Sequence record: NC_031103.1 | DNA length: 64,000 nt | Direction: 5' to 3' (one strand) | DNA from: Escherichia phage vB_EcoM-UFV13 | Part shown: positions 19,606-28,924 of the stretch, piece by piece | Position numbering within the stretch: position 1 is the stretch's first letter | Layout of the letters: every line of letters begins with the position of its first letter | Notes under the pieces: model-generated | The model's database searches: none | What the model saw: only the letters and a program-made list of their open reading frames with translations | What the model was told of the DNA's origin: nothing | Program-made: the position numbers and the translations under genes

Positions 19606-21702
19606 TTATCCTTGAACGAACTTGTAAGGCATGTTTGTAATATCTATGCAAGACGCAATAATTCCAAGAGATGATTCTACTTTCTGTTTAACATTTGATG
19701 AAACAAATGATGCAAAGTCAACTCTGTCTTCTACTTCAATATCACCTGTCATTGCAACTACTTCACCGGTTTCCATTAAATGGTCTCCGTCATAGATTAC
19801 CGATTCGGTGAGCTCTTCCGTAGTCATAACTTCAGCTTGAATGAGTTTTGTATTATTAGATGTTGTTCCGTCATTATTAGAAGCATCAGTTATTTTATTA
19901 ACTTTGACCATCAATCCGCGCGGTAGAATAACTTCAGCTTCTGTTGCTATTCCGAGACTTCCTGGATATACAACATTAACTTTATGAGCTCCATCAATTG
20001 CCCATCCTATTTGAACTTTAACGTATTCAGGATTTTCTTTATACGCTCTTATTTCGTTTGGATTAATAGTTATTCCTTCTTCATTTTTATCAACTGTTAA
20101 TTCATTGCGAGCTTCTGGTTCTAAAAGACCAATACCAGCATGTGTAATTCCAAAACGTCCAAAAATGATAGGAGTTAAAGAAGTAGATACAAAATTTCTG
20201 AAATAGAACACTTTATTTTTAACTAGTGCTTCGTATATAGGAGCAGTCATACTTTGAGCACGATAAACTGTAATGCCTTCCGGTATGCGGTCACCATTTT
20301 CAAAAGCTGAATCTAAATTATTTATAGCAGATTCAATTTCTTTTTCACTCATTACATCATATCGTTCTGGATTGTAACGACCTAAAAGAAGATTATTAAT
20401 GTCTGTATATCCTGAACCACAATATTCTCTAATACCTCGCTTTTGTGATGGAGTATATTTAGAACCATCACGGGCGATAGTAATATCAATCATTGGACCA
20501 GCGCCAATTCCGGAAAAGCTATAAATCATTCGTTTGAGGAATTTAGTTTTTGCCGCATTCCAGGCATTTTTAGTTATTTCTCCCCAGACTTCATCTGACT
20601 GCCCTTTACGAGTTTTATTATGTTTATCAAGCCAATTATCTTTGTATTCTTCAAAGAATTTATTAACAGCTGCTGCGTATTTCTCTAAACATTTTATTGA
20701 AGTAGTTGGTTCATTTTTGATTGCGTTAAAAATTACATCTTTAATTTTTTCTGAAACTTCATCAACCTCACTTTTTGAAAAGAATTTATAGTCATAGTGA
20801 AGTTCATTCGCAGTTCCTTCGGCAATAATTTTTGCTGCCTTAGTTTTAGAAGCTAATGAATTAATTCCAAGCTTCATTTCTTCTGCTTCGGGAATTAAAG
20901 GAGCGGTAGCAGGTTTATTGAAATTAGCTGCGGTAGATTCATACTTCTGGAATAATTCACTTTCAAATCTAGAAGATTCCAATGATTGACTTTGCGCAAT
21001 TGCTCTACGGGAAATTTTAACTTTAACGATTACAGCTTGGTCAGAACGCTTATCATTTTCTTGCGCAATAGATGCTGCAATTGCCTCATTTTTAGTTACT
21101 TGGGCTCCAGTATCTTTATTGATATAAACATCACCGACCTTCGATTCAACTTTAGTAAAGAGCTCGGTACTAATTTCCGGAACTCCTGGAATGTCTTCTA
21201 GCGATACATTTTTGCGATGTATAAGAATATATGCATACTTTTTATCGTAATCCCAGAGTTCCTTAAGAAGGACGTATCTGCCACCTGAACGACTACGGAT
21301 AAGTCTATCAGCAATAACTTGAATTTGTCGAGCTTGACCAGCAGTTTTAGACTTAAGAATACGAAGCATACAAGCATCAATTTTATATTGACGCATAGTT
21401 TGCATTGCAACAGTAAAAACTGAATTGATATAATTAATTGGGCTTGGACCAAGACCTTTTAATTTAGCAATTGAACCTTTAGCAGTTAATGTAAAAGGAA
21501 CAATATGCATCATTTTATCGCCCATCTTTAAATCGCGATTAGTATCACCTCCAGATGTATAGGTACATAAACGAAAGCCTGGTTGTTCAATTGCATCATC
21601 AACATGAACTGAAAAAATTTGTGGTATTTTCTTCTTTGGATTTAAGTTTGTAATCGGAAGAGTAGTATCTTCGTCAAATAATTCTGTAATAAGTTCCATC
21701 AT
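19606..21702 (-). CDS. alt: Alt ADP-ribosyltransferase (packaged, modifies host RNA polymerase)
   Basis: 698 aa matching recalled T4 Alt sequence; ART motifs VYRAQ, FVSTSL, EAEVILPRG; late promoter motif upstream. Confidence 0.9.
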   Translation of the reverse strand: MMELITELFDEDTTLPITNLNPKKKIPQIFSVHVDDAIEQPGFRLCTYTSGGDTNRDLKMGDKMMHIVPFTLTAKGSIAKLKGLGPSPINYINSVFTVAMQTMRQYKIDACMLRILKSKTAGQARQIQVIADRLIRSRSGGRYVLLKELWDYDKKYAYILIHRKNVSLEDIPGVPEISTELFTKVESKVGDVYINKDTGAQVTKNEAIAASIAQENDKRSDQAVIVKVKISRRAIAQSQSLESSRFESELFQKYESTAANFNKPATAPLIPEAEEMKLGINSLASKTKAAKIIAEGTANELHYDYKFFSKSEVDEVSEKIKDVIFNAIKNEPTTSIKCLEKYAAAVNKFFEEYKDNWLDKHNKTRKGQSDEVWGEITKNAWNAAKTKFLKRMIYSFSGIGAGPMIDITIARDGSKYTPSQKRGIREYCGSGYTDINNLLLGRYNPERYDVMSEKEIESAINNLDSAFENGDRIPEGITVYRAQSMTAPIYEALVKNKVFYFRNFVSTSLTPIIFGRFGITHAGIGLLEPEARNELTVDKNEEGITINPNEIRAYKENPEYVKVQIGWAIDGAHKVNVVYPGSLGIATEAEVILPRGLMVKVNKITDASNNDGTTSNNTKLIQAEVMTTEELTESVIYDGDHLMETGEVVAMTGDIEVEDRVDFASFVSSNVKQKVESSLGIIASCIDITNMPYKFVQG

Positions 21703-21722
21703 AGCCTCTCTAGTGTTTATTC

Positions 21723-21730
21723 TATTTATA
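21723..21730 (-). promoter_or_regulatory. late promoter motif TATAAATA upstream of alt
   Basis: Minus strand TATAAATA about 20 nt upstream of the alt ATG. Confidence 0.6.
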
Positions 21731-21735
21731 AAATT

Positions 21736-21753
21736 AAAGGCCCGAAGGCCTTT
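21736..21753 (-). other. UUCG hairpin at the 3' end of the 62-aa ORF
   Basis: Minus strand AAAGGCC-UUCG-GGCCUUU. Confidence 0.55.
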
Positions 21754-21940
21754 AGTAATCTAGTGGTAAGAGAGTACGATATATTTCAAACTTTGGTCCT
21801 TTTTCATAGGCATCAAATGTTTCTGTAAATTTATTATAAGCGTATGCATCTACAAATTCGAGAATGACTTGTGATACAGAAGTAGAAACATCTCCACCTT
21901 CTTTTTGAGCAATGACAATTGTTTCTAAGTAAGCTTTCAT
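21752..21940 (-). CDS. hypothetical small protein between gene 30 and alt
   Basis: 62 aa ORF overlapping the 3' end of gene 30 by 4 nt. Confidence 0.6.
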   Translation of the reverse strand: MKAYLETIVIAQKEGGDVSTSVSQVILEFVDAYAYNKFTETFDAYEKGPKFEIYRTLLPLDY

Positions 21941-23400
21941 AGACCAGTTACCTCATGAAAATCGCCAAATACATCTTCGAACGTATTAGCTTTAGTTTTA
22001 TCTTCGCGTAAACGAATCGCAATTGGAAGAAATAATTTAACGTAATCAGTGCGGCCATCAGATTTTAACCAACCGTTGCATTCGCACTCTAGAATTTTTC
22101 CAATATAATAATTTTGGTTTTCCATAATGCGAGTACGGTCAAGTTCATGCGATTTTACGCCGGCTTTATCTTTTAAGCCTGAACCAGCATTTACTTTAAT
22201 TTTTCCACACTCTGACTCAAGAATAAATCCACCTGCTTTAGTAGGGTCTTTACGGTGAGGATAAATTCCTACAATTTTTAAATCAACATCAATTACTTCT
22301 TTAAATTTATAAAGATTTTTTGAACGAGCATTTTCCCATAATCCATCGATATTTTTGAGAATAATACCTTCAAGACCTTGGTCAATATACTTTTTATAAA
22401 TTACCTTAGCTTCATCTAGGTTATTTACTACCTGGTTTTCAATTAAAATTACTTTATCATAACCTGATGTCATTTGTTCTAGTTTAGAAAAACGTACATC
22501 ATATTTCAAACGAAATGCAGGAAGACCGTATATTTCTACCAACGGGACATAATCCCAGACCTGAAACTTCATGCATTGAGCTTCTTTTTCAGAAATGGTT
22601 CCCTTTAAAGATTTATTAGCGATTCCATTAGAAGCAGTACGTGATTCAGCTACTTCGGCGAATTCTTTAGCTTTACTAATTTCAGGATAAGCATCAAAAA
22701 GAAAATCTAGGCCTTCTGGCTCCTTTTTAACTTGCTCATGGTATACCAATTCGCCATCAATTAACACACCTTCTGGATGAATCTGGCGGGCTTCAGCGGT
22801 CATTTTGATTAACTCTTCTTTGAGAAGGTCTAATCCTAGATATTCATTACCAGCTCGTGATAAAAGACGAACATCATCTAATTCATCACCTCTGACTTCA
22901 GCAAAGCACCGAGCCCCATCAGCTTTTAACTGGGCAAAGGCTGGAAATTTGATATTCTTATTAATGCCTTTTTCATCATAAGAACTTGCCAGCATTTGAG
23001 GTTGTTCAGGAATTAAACCTGGCCAAACTTTGTTTGCAATAGATACTGAAGCACCGCATTCAAGGTCTCGCATCATCACCCGACGCAAAACTTCAACATC
23101 ATCTTTTTTACCGTCAGTAATATATCCAGTTAATTCCTCAATTGCCGCATTTCCAGTCAATTTCCGAGTAGCTAACGTGAATTCAATGAAGTCGAGCATA
23201 TCGGTAAGAGTCAACATTCCAAAACTCTGGGTAGCAATACCCGGTTTAGGCCATTTCTTGATATAATACTGTAACCCACGAGAATAAGTCAGACGATATA
23301 CTCGTTTAAGCAATTCATTATCTTTATTCTTTTCAAGAATTGCTTGCTTCTGCTTAGTTGAACCAATAGATGCTATTTCGTTCAGAATTTTAAGAATCAT
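21937..23400 (-). CDS. 30: ATP-dependent DNA ligase gp30
   Basis: 487 aa, same as T4 DNA ligase; adenylation motif KADGARC present. Confidence 0.97.
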   Translation of the reverse strand: MILKILNEIASIGSTKQKQAILEKNKDNELLKRVYRLTYSRGLQYYIKKWPKPGIATQSFGMLTLTDMLDFIEFTLATRKLTGNAAIEELTGYITDGKKDDVEVLRRVMMRDLECGASVSIANKVWPGLIPEQPQMLASSYDEKGINKNIKFPAFAQLKADGARCFAEVRGDELDDVRLLSRAGNEYLGLDLLKEELIKMTAEARQIHPEGVLIDGELVYHEQVKKEPEGLDFLFDAYPEISKAKEFAEVAESRTASNGIANKSLKGTISEKEAQCMKFQVWDYVPLVEIYGLPAFRLKYDVRFSKLEQMTSGYDKVILIENQVVNNLDEAKVIYKKYIDQGLEGIILKNIDGLWENARSKNLYKFKEVIDVDLKIVGIYPHRKDPTKAGGFILESECGKIKVNAGSGLKDKAGVKSHELDRTRIMENQNYYIGKILECECNGWLKSDGRTDYVKLFLPIAIRLREDKTKANTFEDVFGDFHEVTGL

Positions 23401-23666
23401 TGTTCATCCTTTAGAGTTTGGTTTACAGCTCTATTATAAATCAATTCATCATTAAGCTCAGTCAAAGACCTGTGGTATGTGGTTCTAACTTTATTTCCTT
23501 GCATCCAGTGCTTGACGTAAATGAAACCTTGCTCTACACATTTTTTAAAAATTCGTTCGTCTTTTTGAGCTCGGAATTCTGGATTGCATCTAAAAAATTG
23601 ATTTACGTGACCGTAATCACGTGTAGTATTACCTTCATTTTCATAAATAGTGTGAACGACAAACAT
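23397..23666 (-). CDS. hypothetical protein, T4 30.1 position
   Basis: 89 aa ORF, translationally coupled to neighbours. Confidence 0.7.
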   Translation of the reverse strand: MFVVHTIYENEGNTTRDYGHVNQFFRCNPEFRAQKDERIFKKCVEQGFIYVKHWMQGNKVRTTYHRSLTELNDELIYNRAVNQTLKDEQ

Positions 23667-24505
23667 TAGAATGCTCCTTGGAAAATATTATCACCACTAG
23701 TAGGTCTATTATACAAATACTCTATGCCACCAGGTTTAATATAGTTCCATGTCTGAAACGGATGTGTCTGATATGGATGATATAGATGATTATAAGGATT
23801 AAATCCAGGAGTTCTCCAGGTAGTGTTCCAAGGAAAAGAATCGTTTTTGATCATCTTCTCAATTACATCTTTTATAACTTTTTCACTATCAAAACTTTCT
23901 TTATTTTCCTTCGATGGAAAAAGCTTATTCTCTACATCATTCCATGTATAAACTCGCTGTGCAGTTTTTGGAATACTGTCACGCTCTCCTCGAGCCATCC
24001 AATAAACAGGAACACTTAATATTTCACTCGCATGATCGCAGTGGTGAGCGAGATCGTCAATATAACAAATTACGTTATATTTCTCTTTTGCCTTTTTGAA
24101 CAACTCTTCTTTTGAAGAATCATGACCACACATCAATACTTCTGAGAAGGCACCAGGAAAAAGAGCATTCAAATTAAATTGACGATTCAGCAGAGCGTCA
24201 ATAGAATCACCCAGTGCTGTAACAGCTACAAAATTATAATCTTCTTTTAATTTGTTAATTACACACAGGGCATCTTTATATGGCGACAAGTAACGAATAA
24301 AATCTGAACGATTGTATTTTTCAATTAGCTTAACGCCAAGTTCTTCATCACAATTAAAAAGTTTACCAGGAGAAATAAATTTCTCATCCTGGATCATTTT
24401 TAAAATATGTTCTAACGGAAGATTATATTTCTGAGCAAAATAAGGAAGGCCTGATTGCCAGCTTAAACATACACCATCAATATCAGTCAAAATAGTAGGC
24501 TTCAT
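23666..24505 (-). CDS. hypothetical protein with HAD/5'-nucleotidase-like N-terminal motif, T4 30.2 position
   Basis: 279 aa; N-terminal LTDIDGV resembles HAD-superfamily motif I (DxDG). Confidence 0.7.
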   Translation of the reverse strand: MKPTILTDIDGVCLSWQSGLPYFAQKYNLPLEHILKMIQDEKFISPGKLFNCDEELGVKLIEKYNRSDFIRYLSPYKDALCVINKLKEDYNFVAVTALGDSIDALLNRQFNLNALFPGAFSEVLMCGHDSSKEELFKKAKEKYNVICYIDDLAHHCDHASEILSVPVYWMARGERDSIPKTAQRVYTWNDVENKLFPSKENKESFDSEKVIKDVIEKMIKNDSFPWNTTWRTPGFNPYNHLYHPYQTHPFQTWNYIKPGGIEYLYNRPTSGDNIFQGAF

Positions 24506-24960
24506 AGAGAGTCTCTTAATAGGTTTAACACATCAATAAATTCAGCTTCGGTTAGTATTGTATCATCTTTTGTTAGACCACTAGCCATGCTGTGCTTCAA
24601 AACTTTTCCTTTCGAGGCTAGTAATGCATCACGAAAGCCCTTGTTTTGGATCGCTGCTTCAAAATATGCATTTGTGTATAATTCTTTCCACGCTGGGGAG
24701 TATCTTGAAAACGGAACTCCCAGCCAGAAGAGGGTCCCACGGTCCTGAGCTCTTGCATAAGACCTTCCAGCTTGTTGGGCGGCCAATCCGGAGAGCCTAA
24801 ATATACGTTTTTGTTGTTCAACATTTTTCACCTTGCATCCTTGGAGGAATCCTTCAAGACCTCCAAATTGGATACCATCCATAACAAAAGGCCATTGGGC
24901 GAAATTACTTAATGCGCATGATGGCCATCTAAAATTACTTCTTATCTCTAACTCAGACAT
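24502..24960 (-). CDS. NADAR (YbiA-like) domain candidate, T4 30.3 position
   Basis: 152 aa; N-terminal block SNFAQWPFVMDGIQFGGLEGFLQGCK matches the YbiA/NADAR signature SNFA-WP---DG--F---E-F-Q--K as recalled. Confidence 0.6.
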   Translation of the reverse strand: MSELEIRSNFRWPSCALSNFAQWPFVMDGIQFGGLEGFLQGCKVKNVEQQKRIFRLSGLAAQQAGRSYARAQDRGTLFWLGVPFSRYSPAWKELYTNAYFEAAIQNKGFRDALLASKGKVLKHSMASGLTKDDTILTEAEFIDVLNLLRDSL

Positions 24961-25168
24961 CTTTAATACTTATAATTTCAACATCAGCCCAATGACCATA
25001 ACTTGGCAGACGGTCTTCAATAGATAATCCGCCATCATATTTAAGCATTTTAATTGTCATAATATATGGCTCTAAATGGTCTTCTGTGAGCGGAGAAACG
25101 TCAGTCACACGATAAGTAACTTCAACCATTTCCGTACCTAATAATTTCTGAATTAATTTCTTAAACAT
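24953..25168 (-). CDS. hypothetical protein
   Basis: 71 aa ORF in 30.x early cluster. Confidence 0.6.
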   Translation of the reverse strand: MFKKLIQKLLGTEMVEVTYRVTDVSPLTEDHLEPYIMTIKMLKYDGGLSIEDRLPSYGHWADVEIISIKDV

Positions 25169-25172
25169 ATTA

Positions 25173-25460
25173 TCAGAACCTCATCTGAAAACCGTGTGAT
25201 TTAACATTACCGCCACCAATATCAGAGATATTAATTTCGCGCGCAATTGAAGGGTCAATGTCAATTTCATGATTAAGTTTAGTGATAGCTAAAGTATCAC
25301 GCCCATTTACTGTACGGAATTCTAAAGGACAAACCACATCAACGTAATTTTTAATCGATTCACTTGTAGGTTGCAAATGTACAGGAAGGTCTTTGGGCGC
25401 CTTTGAGAAAACAACTTCACAGAAATTTTTGCGGGTGTCAAAATAAGTAGTCATAAACAT
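25173..25460 (-). CDS. hypothetical protein
   Basis: 95 aa ORF; UUCG hairpin and GAGGAAAA Shine-Dalgarno immediately upstream. Confidence 0.65.
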   Translation of the reverse strand: MFMTTYFDTRKNFCEVVFSKAPKDLPVHLQPTSESIKNYVDVVCPLEFRTVNGRDTLAITKLNHEIDIDPSIAREINISDIGGGNVKSHGFQMRF

Positions 25461-25477
25461 AATGTTTTCCTCAGTAA

Positions 25478-25491
25478 GGGGCCGAAGCCCC
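25478..25491 (-). other. intercistronic UUCG hairpin preceding a Shine-Dalgarno
   Basis: Minus strand GGGGC-UUCG-GCCCC immediately 5' of GAGGAAAA and the ATG at 25460. Confidence 0.6.
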
Positions 25492-25501
25492 TCATTTTAT
25501 T

Positions 25502-25879
25502 TTAAATATCAAATTCGTTAAGAACTACATCAAAGATTGCTTCAAGATGCTCAGGTTTAGCTCTGTTACTCAGAATATGACGAATCCAAGTTTTAACAAG
25601 AAGCTTGCGATTAACGCCATTCCAGCAAGGATGAGTACCTAAATCACGTTGACGAAAATCATCATCCAGAGCGATTTTAAAGTTGGAACCTTCCATCGTG
25701 ATTGAAACCGTGATACCGTTTTCAAATCGCATATAAACGTAGTTAGGAGTCATATACTGCTCAATTTCGCATACTGATCCATTTTGATGTTTCCAAAGGC
25801 AAATAGTATCAATAGAACCTGCAATACCATTAGAAACATATTTACGTTCAAAGTTAATGTAGTTCATTTTATTCTCCAA
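25502..25879 (-). CDS. hypothetical protein
   Basis: 125 aa ORF preceded by early promoter-like sequence and GGAGAA. Confidence 0.65.
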   Translation of the reverse strand: MENKMNYINFERKYVSNGIAGSIDTICLWKHQNGSVCEIEQYMTPNYVYMRFENGITVSITMEGSNFKIALDDDFRQRDLGTHPCWNGVNRKLLVKTWIRHILSNRAKPEHLEAIFDVVLNEFDI

Positions 25880-25892
25880 GATGTTTAATTGT

Positions 25893-25932
25893 GGTACAGG
25901 TGTATAATATCATATCCTGTACCAAAGTAAAC
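25893..25932 (-). promoter_or_regulatory. early promoter-like sequence
   Basis: Minus strand GTTTAC then TATTAT -10; inverted repeat GGTACAGG/CCTGTACC flanks the -10. Confidence 0.55.
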
Positions 25933-25934
25933 AA

Positions 25935-26267
25935 TTATTTTACTACTTTCCAATGCTTCATGTCAAGTTTACCAACTTTTTTCATCTTCTCAATTAAGCG
26001 TTCGGCACGTTGGCGAGCTGTAACATAATACCATTCACCTAATTCATTTTGTTCAATTTTTCCAACGATTACTGTATTCAATTCATAAATCCAACCAGTA
26101 AAGAAATTATGAACTTGAATTGTAAAGGTGAAATCTGTTCCCATACCTTCTGTTGTTTCTACTTCAATAATATCACCTTCAACTGCCATTAAGAACCACA
26201 TAGTTTCATCATATGCACCGTTGAAGCATTTAGTTTTAACAGCAGCGTTCAGATTAATCGTTTTCAT
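25935..26267 (-). CDS. hypothetical protein
   Basis: 110 aa ORF preceded by early promoter-like sequence and AAGGAG. Confidence 0.65.
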   Translation of the reverse strand: MKTINLNAAVKTKCFNGAYDETMWFLMAVEGDIIEVETTEGMGTDFTFTIQVHNFFTGWIYELNTVIVGKIEQNELGEWYYVTARQRAERLIEKMKKVGKLDMKHWKVVK

Positions 26268-26287
26268 TTTATTCTCCTTTGTTTGTG

Positions 26288-26324
26288 TAAGATAATACTA
26301 TCACAAAGGAACCATACTGTAAAC
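26288..26324 (-). promoter_or_regulatory. early promoter-like sequence
   Basis: Minus strand GTTTAC, 17 nt, TAGTATTAT. Confidence 0.55.
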
Positions 26325-26354
26325 AACTTTATGCAATCTTTGGAAAATAAAAAA

Positions 26355-26372
26355 GGACTCCCGAAGGAGTCC
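26355..26372 (-). terminator. rho-independent terminator
   Basis: Minus strand GGACUCC-UUCG-GGAGUCC followed by TTTTTTATTTT. Confidence 0.75.
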
Positions 26373-26377
26373 TCAAC

Positions 26378-26554
26378 TTATGCTTTCTGCTTACCAAAAC
26401 GAGAAGCATCATCTCGAAGAACCGCACGTGCTCGGCGCATGATCTTCTCAACAGTTTGATTGATACGAGAGTTCGACCCACGCTTGTAGCCAGCGCGTTT
26501 AGAATCACCAACTTTCTTTTCAACTGCTTTCTTTGCTTTAACTTGTTTTGCCAT
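26378..26554 (-). CDS. small basic protein (start trimmed to internal ATG)
   Basis: Lys/Arg-rich MAKQVKAKKAVEKK...; ORF-track start at 26596 appears to be a non-ATG extension; rho-independent terminator downstream. Confidence 0.5.
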   Translation of the reverse strand: MAKQVKAKKAVEKKVGDSKRAGYKRGSNSRINQTVEKIMRRARAVLRDDASRFGKQKA

Positions 26555-26674
26555 TATAAATTCTCTTTTAAATGAAAATGCAGGACTTATTGGCATTGCC
26601 TGCGCAAGCCCTCAAAGGGGTACTTAGGTTTTGAATATTTACCGACAGGATAACCATAAACCTCGTCAACATAA

Positions 26675-26923
26675 TTACTTCAATGTTACCACAAAGTGAC
26701 GAACTGCTTTTCGTGCAGCAGAAGCCAGAGGCTTAGCATATTTAAGTTCATCTTTTTCCTGAAGCTCAGCAGCTAATGCAGTTTGAGCAGGATTTAGATG
26801 TTTGAAATAACGCAGGATTTCAAGAGCTTCGGCTTCAACATCAATAGATGCGCCATAGTTTTCGTGACCATTATTCCATGCGTTTCGTTGCAGTTCAAGA
26901 GCGTGTTGTAATTGTTTAATCAT
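26675..26923 (-). CDS. rIII: lysis inhibition accessory protein rIII
   Basis: 82 aa, T4 rIII length, position between the 30.x cluster and gene 31. Confidence 0.85.
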   Translation of the reverse strand: MIKQLQHALELQRNAWNNGHENYGASIDVEAEALEILRYFKHLNPAQTALAAELQEKDELKYAKPLASAARKAVRHFVVTLK

Positions 26924-27070
26924 TTAAAAATTCTCGTTAGAGATTAAAACTCGGTAGTCACGTTCTTCTGAATTTCATCTTCTTTCGACAGATCTCTCAG
27001 TTGTAGACTACCACATAGAATTGTTCGGTTAACTTATTATTCCGACACCCAATTCATATTATTATTTATA

Positions 27071-27406
27071 TCACTTATAAAGACACGGAATAGCTTTATA
27101 GTGACAAGTAACGAATTTTTGTTTAATTTCTTTTGGTTGCTTAAGACCCAGAGCTACAAAAGGATGCGGAACATTTCGAATTTGACCAACTGGAAGAGAA
27201 GTCAAATCACCAACTTCGCAGAAACCTTCAGGAACATCAGGACCAACAGAGTGAACTACACACAGTTCAGGAACTTCACCTTGAACACGTTTACCGATAA
27301 TAAGTCCTGATTCTGTAACTTCTTCATCACCGGCTTGTGCAGGTTCAGAAACTAAAATAACATATTCACCGACAGCACGAATTGGTAGCTGTTGTACTTC
27401 AGACAT
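27071..27406 (-). CDS. 31: co-chaperonin gp31 (GroES analogue)
   Basis: 111 aa, recognised T4 gp31 sequence. Confidence 0.95.
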
Positions 27407-27462
27407 CGTTTTTCCTTTTTGTTAACAGATGAATTAATAATAACAAATAATTCTTAAAGCAT

Positions 27463-27771
27463 TTATTTACCAATAAATTGGAGTAAATGCTCAACTTTCA
27501 TACCATTAACAGAAATCAATTTGTCAATAGAAAAACCTCGCCACGCACCAAGTTCAACATCAAATACTGGAATCATGTCAGTAGATTCTTTCCGAGTAGA
27601 TTCAGTCAATTTACCGGTTTGCATAGTTGGCATAAAGTCTGCATCACGAGTACCTTTCATGGTACGAATAGTACCATCAGACTTTTCAAAAACTACGTTT
27701 GAAACACCCATGGACAATTTAGTTTTCAAAATTTCACGAATTGCTACTTTCTGCTCAGTTGTCAGTTTCAT
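27463..27771 (-). CDS. hypothetical protein, T4 31.1 position
   Basis: 102 aa ORF upstream of gene 31. Confidence 0.7.
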   Translation of the reverse strand: MKLTTEQKVAIREILKTKLSMGVSNVVFEKSDGTIRTMKGTRDADFMPTMQTGKLTESTRKESTDMIPVFDVELGAWRGFSIDKLISVNGMKVEHLLQFIGK

Positions 27772-28008
27772 TTATTTACCTATCACAGTTTTAATATGAG
27801 TTGTTCCACGTTCTTTAAGGGTGGAAAGTAATTTTTGGCATTTTTCTAAATCAGATTTCCAACTATATGGTCTATCAATACTAGTCCAATCAGTTTTATA
27901 ATACTGTTTCCATTTAGAGAAAAAATATTTCTTATACTCTACAGCAAATGAGATGTTCTCGTTAGAATAAGAACTAATTGCTGTGAGCTTTACCAAACGA
28001 AATTTCAT
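27772..28008 (-). CDS. hypothetical protein, T4 31.2 position
   Basis: 78 aa ORF. Confidence 0.65.
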   Translation of the reverse strand: MKFRLVKLTAISSYSNENISFAVEYKKYFFSKWKQYYKTDWTSIDRPYSWKSDLEKCQKLLSTLKERGTTHIKTVIGK

Positions 28009-28589
28009 TATTCACCACAGAATTCGTTGATATTTTCCCAGTTTAACTTATTCAAGTTTTTCTTAGGAACATTAAACACTTCAATACCTGCATTTCGCAG
28101 AATATCATCCCAACCAGGTTTATTTTTGTCGTATGTTTCACAATAAACCAGCTTTTTAATACCAGATTGAGCTATTGCTTTTGCACAATCTGGACAGGGA
28201 GAAAGTGTTACATACATAGTAGCACCTTCAATAGAAGAACCATTTCGTGCAGCAAACAAAATTGCATTTAGTTCAGCATGAATTTCATTTTTAGACGACC
28301 ATTCAGAGTGAGCGCTGCGGTGTTCTTTCGCCAAGACAAAACGATCAGTTGAACCAAATGATACGCATTCAGGCTTATGACCTTGAATGATAGTATGTTT
28401 AGGCTTATTCAACAACCAACCTTGCTCAGCAGCATAATCACAGCAGTTCACACCCCCTGCGGGTGAACCATTATACCCAGTAGAAATAATACGTCCATTC
28501 TTTTCAATTACTGCTCCTACCTTCCAGGAGCAACATTTTGATTCTTGTGATACTAAATATGCAATTTGAAGTACTGTACTCGCTTTCAT
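28008..28589 (-). CDS. cd: dCMP deaminase
   Basis: 193 aa, T4 Cd length; zinc-binding deaminase motifs HAELNA and CPDC. Confidence 0.95.
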   Translation of the reverse strand: MKASTVLQIAYLVSQESKCCSWKVGAVIEKNGRIISTGYNGSPAGGVNCCDYAAEQGWLLNKPKHTIIQGHKPECVSFGSTDRFVLAKEHRSAHSEWSSKNEIHAELNAILFAARNGSSIEGATMYVTLSPCPDCAKAIAQSGIKKLVYCETYDKNKPGWDDILRNAGIEVFNVPKKNLNKLNWENINEFCGE

Positions 28590-28924
28590 TTCATAATCAC
28601 CAGATAAGCAGATTTAGCAGTTTCAACACGATAAATTTCGTGACGAAGTTTAGTTATACTTTTAATAACAGAACTAATTATATTCTGCCCATCTTTAAAG
28701 CGGTTTTTCTTATCAATAAAAACTGCGCCAACCATCTTTTTGTGAAGCTCAACTGGATACTTCGTCACAATAATAGCATCATACACAGAAGGATGAATAC
28801 TATTCACTAGAGTATCATTCATTAAAGTTATTCTAATGAACTGTGCTGTTTCAGAGTCAAGCGCTCTATGATCGCCAGTATCATTTTCAAGACAATTATC
28901 AATTATATCAGTTAAATTCATCAT
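28586..28924 (-). CDS. hypothetical protein, cd.1 position
   Basis: 112 aa ORF, 4-nt overlap coupling. Confidence 0.65.
   Translation of the reverse strand: MMNLTDIIDNCLENDTGDHRALDSETAQFIRITLMNDTLVNSIHPSVYDAIIVTKYPVELHKKMVGAVFIDKKNRFKDGQNIISSVIKSITKLRHEIYRVETAKSAYLVIMK

Noticed and set aside
26329-26523. 64-aa ORF overlapping the 72-aa basic protein ORF in another frame
   Set aside because: Overlaps the terminator hairpin and the better-supported basic-protein frame; no Shine-Dalgarno.
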